Positions 58,234 to 64,000 of a stretch of DNA of 64,000 nt are shown here, one piece after another. The position numbers and the translations under genes are program-made. Origin of the DNA: Sphaerodactylus townsendi (Eukaryota); assembly GCF_021028975.2 (NCBI RefSeq), contig NC_059435.1, forward strand, positions 78,244,001 to 78,308,000, in the 5' to 3' direction. The notes under the pieces were generated by a model. It was not told the DNA's origin. It saw only the letters and a list, made by a program, of their open reading frames with translations, and did no database searches. Numbering within the stretch: the first letter of the stretch is position 1; each line of letters starts with the position of its first letter.

Positions 58234-59732
58234 CCTCCTCGTCTTCCTCTCTGCCCCGGGATCTGTTTCTCAGACCATCCACAAGCAGACGCCCCTCTGT
58301 TGATAATTCATTAACTTCTTCCCCAGAAGATGCCCCAACCACAGGCCCTACCCTCGCCCTGCCCTCTGCCCTCTCCAATGGCCAGCGTATTGATTCATGA
58401 GCAAAGAGCAGTCAGAAGGGAGGGGGGGAGGGAATTGAGGCCAAGGGGAGCAGGAACACAACAAAACACACCAGTCTGCCTTCCGTTGGATCAGGCCTCT
58501 GGGCCACCATGGTCAGTGAAGTCTACCCTTTGCACTGGAGATGCCAGCAGTTGAACGTGGGGCCTTCTGCAAGCCAAACACAGGCTCAGCCAGTGAGCCA
58601 CAGCCCCTTCCACATTGCACAAGACATGCACACATGGAGCTGCCGACACCGAATCATCAGAACAAAAGAAAAGCCCGGCTGAATCAGACCGAGGCCTCCC
58701 AAGTCCACCGGATTGTTCACACTGCAGCCAACCAGGTGCCTCCAGGAAGCCTGCAAGCAGGACGACTGCAGCTCCATGACCCTGCCTGTGCTTGGACTAT
58801 CCTGCCTCTGCTCAGACCGGCAGCGGTTCTCTGGGGTCTCAAGCAGAGATCTTTCCCACCACCTGCTCCCTGGACCTTTAACTGGAGATGCTGGGGATTG
58901 AACCCGGGACCTTCCGAATGCCAAGAAGAGGCTCAGCCACTCAACCTCTCAGAAGCAAGATTTTTCCAGATCTGGTCTCATTTGCAGCAAAGACAGGAGG
59001 TAGACATGTTCTAAGAAATAACAATCCATTCAATGAAAAACTATTTTGCTACAAACGTATGGAAAGGGTGGCAGAGAAGCAGCCTGGCGTGGCTCCTCCT
59101 CTCGTGGCAAAAGCACCGAAGGAGTACCACCAGCTCTCTCCTTCCTGCCAAAGAGTGGGCAGAGCTGCAAGACTGCTGGGCTTGGAAGAGGGTTTAAGTG
59201 TCCAGTGGAGACTCCTACGAGGAGAAAATGGAGGACCCAACGAACGTGGCCTTTGCAGCCTTGCAGGAGGCGGGACTCGCAAGAAGAAGACAACATGGAC
59301 CATTGCAAGCAGGTCAACCGTGCAGGACCCTTCTCTGTCCCCCATTTCCGAGGGAGATTCATTCTGCAAAGTGGGCTGAAAGATCTCCTGCTCCACGGAA
59401 ACACCCACCCAACCCACCTGGATTCCCACCCCCATCCGTAGTTCCTCCTCCCTAGTTTGACTGGCTCCAGTTTCAGAGAGGAGGAGGAGCCTCCAACATT
59501 TCTGCCAGGTTGTTAATGAGATGGCATTTACATAACAGCAGAGGCAGAGAGGTCACATGTCCCCGGGCACATGCCAGATGGTCATGTGTGGGGTGGGGAA
59601 TTGCCCCCACACCCCTCCCCTCGGGCCCACCTCGCCAGGCTGCTCCTTCAGCCGATGGAGCCTCCGCTGGCCAAAGGAGCAGCCTGGCTGGGTACCCCTC
59701 AGCCCGGTCCGCAGCAGGCTTCCACTGGCTAG

Positions 59733-59847
59733 CAGTGGTGGCGAACCTTTGGCACTCCAGATGTTATGGACCAATTGGCCATGCTGGCAGGGGCTGATTG
59801 GAATTGTAGTCCATAACATCTGGAATGCCAAAGGTTCGCCACCACGG
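59733..59847. mobile_element. Palindromic hAT MITE, left arm partly deleted
   Basis: Same TIR and core as the other copies. Confidence 0.8.
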
Positions 59848-61531
59848 GGCTAAGGTAAGTGGGGCAAGGAAGGCAGCGGTGGCTGGAGCAGGTGTTTCCC
59901 CGGGTGCCATTCCCCCCTCCTCCCACGCATCTGCATAACAGTACTCATCCAGTGTTCAGTCCAAAGCTAACAATGGCCCAAAATCATTAAGAAATGTGAA
60001 ACAATGATGCCCCCAAGAACTAGTGTTGCCAACCTCCAGCTGGGGCCTGGAGGTTTCCCAGAATTACAACTGATCTCCAGACTAGATAAATCATTTCCCC
60101 CGGAGGAAGTGGCTGATTTGAAGAAGGGGGAGGGGCACTCTATGGCATCATATCCCTGCTGAGCCCCCTCCCTTCCCCAAACGCTGCTCCCCCCTCGGCT
60201 CCACTACCCAAATCTCCAAGGATTTCCCAAGGCAAAGTTGGAAACTCTGCCACAAACCTAGCAGGCAGGGGCGTGGCTCAGGACAGTCACCACCAGATCT
60301 GTGGGAATTACCCATCACCCCTCAGCAGCACAAAAGATACAGACCCACATCGTCCCTCGGCAATTTAAAGGAGAAAAGGGGCAGGCAACCAATTCGCCAA
60401 CAGCTGTCAGAGAAGAATAGTTTTAGCTGAGCATGCAAAAGCCAAGAGGAATGGAACACCGCAAGGTTCTCTTAGGGAAGGTGTACAGGAGCTTGGTGCC
60501 ACCCCTGGGAAGGCCCTGGCCAGGCCCTCACTTCTGACATCAGAGGAATAATTTGAGGGAGAAGACCTGAGACATTCCAAAGGGTATTTGCTGGCAGCCT
60601 CATCTGCTGGGGCCTCCCACACACCTTTGAGACCTTTCCAACCTGTGGCCTGCAGAGAGGAGTTGCCTCCCCCACAAGTTACTTCCATGACCTGGAACTT
60701 CAAATGGCTGGAATGGTAACATTCAGATGTCTCGATGATTCAAAAAGGACTGGAAGATTCAAATTCCTCATAATTGGGAATCTTTACTTCCCAGGACACT
60801 TTTCCTTCTATCATTTCAAAATTTCAAGTAGCGCCTTTCCTCGTTCCCGGTGGTCCCCTCCTGAAGGGAAGAGGCCCTACTAGAAAGTTTGTTTTCATTT
60901 GGCTTTTTTCAGGAATCGATCACCGTGTTTGATCTGCAAAGCACGCAGCTTCTGCAAACAAGCCGGAAAGCCTGGAGCCTCACATTTCCCAGCACTGCTC
61001 TGTGTGTGTGTGGTGGTGGGGGGTGGGGGCGTTCTCTCTCACGGACTTGTTCATGACCTTGGCAGCCAGGTTGTTGCTGCCCAGTTCAATCCTCTCCCCC
61101 TGCATGATGCAGCTGGTGCCAGAGGGGTGAAGCAGAAGTTCATCTCTCACGTTACTTGCATAGACAGTTCCATCAAAAGACTCCAACTAGCTCTTTTCAG
61201 GACGGTCACTGGCTGTTAGCAGCTTGAATAGCCCAGACTCACCAGATCTTGGAAACTAAGCAGTCAGGTTATTATGCTCATAGTCCACCTTTTTCACTGA
61301 CAGACCAGACTACAAAGCAGAAACTGACACAATTAATAGGATGAGACACCTTATAAGGGATGCATGAACCTGAAACAAACATAGAATAATATACACAAAC
61401 AAAAACTGTATGCAGACTCTGTGCAGAAAAATAGGAGCCTGTGTGGTGTAGTGGTTAAGAGCAGTGGACTCTAACATGGTAATCTGGGTTCAATTGCCCA
61501 CTCCTCCACATGAGCGCAAACTCTTATCTGT

Positions 61532-62240
61532 GGAATCATAGAGTTGGAAGAGACCCTAAAGGCCATCCAGTCCAAACCAATGCAATGCAGGAACACACAA
61601 TCAAAACACCTTTGACAGATGACCATCTTTAAAAACCTCCACAGGAGAATCCACCACCCTCCAAGGCAGCACATTCCACTATCAAACAGTGCTCACCATC
61701 AGAAGGTTCTTCCTAATATTTAGGTGGAAACTCCTTTCTTGTATCTTTAATCCATTACTCTGTGCCCCAGTCTCTGGTGCAGCAGAAAACAAGCCTGCTC
61801 CCTCTTCAACATGACATCCCTTCAAATATTGAAACATGGCTGTCAAGTCACCCCTTCACCTTCTCCAGACTAAACATTCCTAGCTCCCCAAGCATAGCAG
61901 GGGGTCAGATTTGATGACCTTTGGGGTCTCTTCCAACTCTATGATTCTCCTCACAGAGCATGGATTCCAGACCTTTTACTATTTTGGTTGCCCTCTAGAT
62001 CCTTTCCAGCTTATCAATATTCTTGAATTTAGGTGCCCAGAACTGGACACTGTATTCCAAGTGTGGTCTGAATAGAGTGGTACTATTACATCCCCAGACT
62101 TAGACACTATACTTCTGTTGATGCATCCCAGAACTTCACTGGCTTTCTTGGCTGCCACATCACACTGCTGACTCATGTTCAGTTTGTGGTCTACTAAGAC
62201 CTCCAGGTCCCTTTCACATGCACTGTTGTCAAGCCAGGTG
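61532..62240 (-). mobile_element. CR1 3' fragment flanked by SINE sequence (about 61434-61531 and 62243-62390)
   Basis: MSQQCDVAAKKASEVLGCINRSI; GAATCATAGA octamer tail. Confidence 0.8.
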
Positions 62241-62799
62241 TCATTCCTGGCTCCTCCGCATGAAGCCTGCTGGGTGACCTTGGGCCAGTCTCAGTTCTCT
62301 CCGAACTCTGTCAGTCCATCTGCCTCTCAAAGTGTCTGTTGTGGGGAGAGGAAGGGGAAAGGGCCACTTACAGGAGAGAAAGGGTGCAAATCCAAGCCCT
62401 TCTTCACCTGCCTGCTGGAATCACAATGGCTGGAAGGGACAGGTGCTCTGTTTCCAGGGCTAGCAGAAGCTCACCCATCTTTTATTCCCTGCGGTGTAGC
62501 TGGTTCAGGGTGGCAGCCACAAGCCTCAAAGGGCAATGGCCTCGGTCGCTTTCTGGGAATGGAGGCAGCTGCATTGAATGACCCCAGAACGACAGCCCAC
62601 CTCCAGGCTGCAGAGCTCAGCCCCCTTGGGCAGCCCCCCTAAGGCATCAGACCCCGCTGAGATCTCTGCGGTGCTCCTGGACTCGAACCTAAGGTTGCCA
62701 ACTTCAGGGTGGACAGCTCCTGGAGATTGGGAGGGTGTGATGGAGACTGGCAGGGCGGAACTTGGGGAGGGGCGGGCCGGATATCACAGAGTCCCCCCT

Positions 62800-63800
62800 C
62801 CAAAGCAACCACGGTGCGTCCTCCGCAGAGGCTGTTCTCTACGGGCAGCAGATCACTAGTAAGTAACCCCAGGAAAGCTCCAGGGTCACGTGGCGCTCTC
62901 CCTTCTCCAGACTTCCGGGAAAGTTCCCAGGGCTTCCGGCAGCACTTCCCTCTTCCTCGCGCTCCCGGAGGTTTTTACTTCTTAACCCCCGCCCCCCCAC
63001 CACACTAGGACTACATCTCCCGTGGAGCCTCTTACGGGATCTCGCGCTCCTGAGAAAACATCGCGAGATCTGCCAGTGGGCCGGCTTCTCCGCAGGAACT
63101 CAATTTCCCACAATGCACTGGAGCCCTGAAGGAAAACACGGGGAAGTACGAGTTTGGGTGGGCGAGACGAGCGGCCATTTCCGGTTCGTTCATCCGGGTA
63201 CTCGTAGTCGTTAAGGGGAAAAAAAAAAAGCCGTGGCGAGAGAGAAAGGTGGCCTCGCCCCACCGCCGCGCGGCGGGCACGTGACGTCAACGCGTGAGGT
63301 CACCGCCCCGGCGATGATGCGACGGTGACGCGGCCCTCGCGTCCGCCACGGCCGGGACCGTCGCGGAGTTGCTATGGCAACCTCACCTGCCGGGTCAGGG
63401 GGTCACCGCCAGGCCTGGTGAGCGAGGGCGGGAGGGAGGGGCTCTCGGGCGGGGTCGCTGGTTTCCTCGGAGGGCGCCGCCGCCGGGCCCTCTCGGACCC
63501 CCCTCTCGACGGGGAGCGGGCGGAGGAGCCGCAGGGCGCCTTCTGGGATTAGGGGGGAGCCGCCTGCGCCCGCGGCGATGAGGAGCGGGGGTCGGGGCCG
63601 AGTGGCGTTGCCGCCGCCGCCGCCGCCGGAGGGGAGCCGTTCCTGCGTGGGGGGCCCCAGAGCCGCAAGGAGCGCCTCGTCCCTCCCCGCTGAATTCGCC
63701 TGCAGCCCGCCTTTCCCACCAGGCGCCTCGCGTGGTTCTCCGCTTCTCCCCTTTAGCCTCACAACAACCCCGCGAGGTAGGTTAGGGCGGGATAGTCTGT
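62800..63800. promoter_or_regulatory. CpG-island promoter of an unidentified gene
   Basis: GTCACGTG 62885, ACTTCCGG 62911, GGACTACATCTCCC 63008, TCGCGAGA 63061, TTCCCACAATGCA about 63106, GCCATTT 63174, CACGTGACGTCA 63278, GTTGCTATGGCAAC 63368. Confidence 0.85.
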
Positions 63801-64000
63801 TTCTGGCCGACGGCCCCCCCCCCCCCGCCCCCAACCCCCGGGACTGGAGGAATGAAACCAAAATCTTTTCCCTAGAAAAAACAATCTCCGGACATATCTG
63901 CCACCTGCGCCTGGAATCAGCCTTGATGTGTTCGTATCTCTCCATAATACGTTCAGGGCAGTAGCAGCACAGTTCCTCTCTTCCATTTGATAGTCACAAC

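Overview
Vertebrate genomic DNA, most likely a squamate reptile (gecko-like repeat content). Four recognisable genes: (1) the 5' part of SCO-spondin (SSPO, minus strand), traced by hand as 29 phase-compatible coding exons from ATG 41323 down to 665 (4951 nt, about 1650 aa, no stops, one GC-AG intron), continuing off the left edge; (2) ZNF467 (plus strand, head-to-head with SSPO, 12 C2H2 fingers plus a degenerate KRAB-B-like exon); (3) LRRC61 (plus, single coding exon, CpG-island promoter); (4) RARRES2/chemerin (minus, 4 coding exons, 159 aa). A motif-rich CpG-island promoter of an unidentified gene lies at about 62.8-63.8 kb. Introns are packed with transposons: hAT non-autonomous elements with exact 8-bp TSDs (one SPIN-like), palindromic MITEs, a solo LTR, L2, CR1 and Rex1 LINE fragments, tRNA- and 5S-derived SINEs, Penelope remnants and a 90-bp VNTR. 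There are three N gaps. I found no convincing new multi-gene system. The best leads are the closely packed or interleaved SSPO/ZNF467 5' ends, the KRAB relic and reciprocal finger loss in ZNF467, a 2.6-kb hAT element built of palindromic units and nested in another MITE, and a MITE family dispersing ZNF143/THAP11-type motifs. Orthologue and repeat-consensus comparisons are from memory, not from a search.
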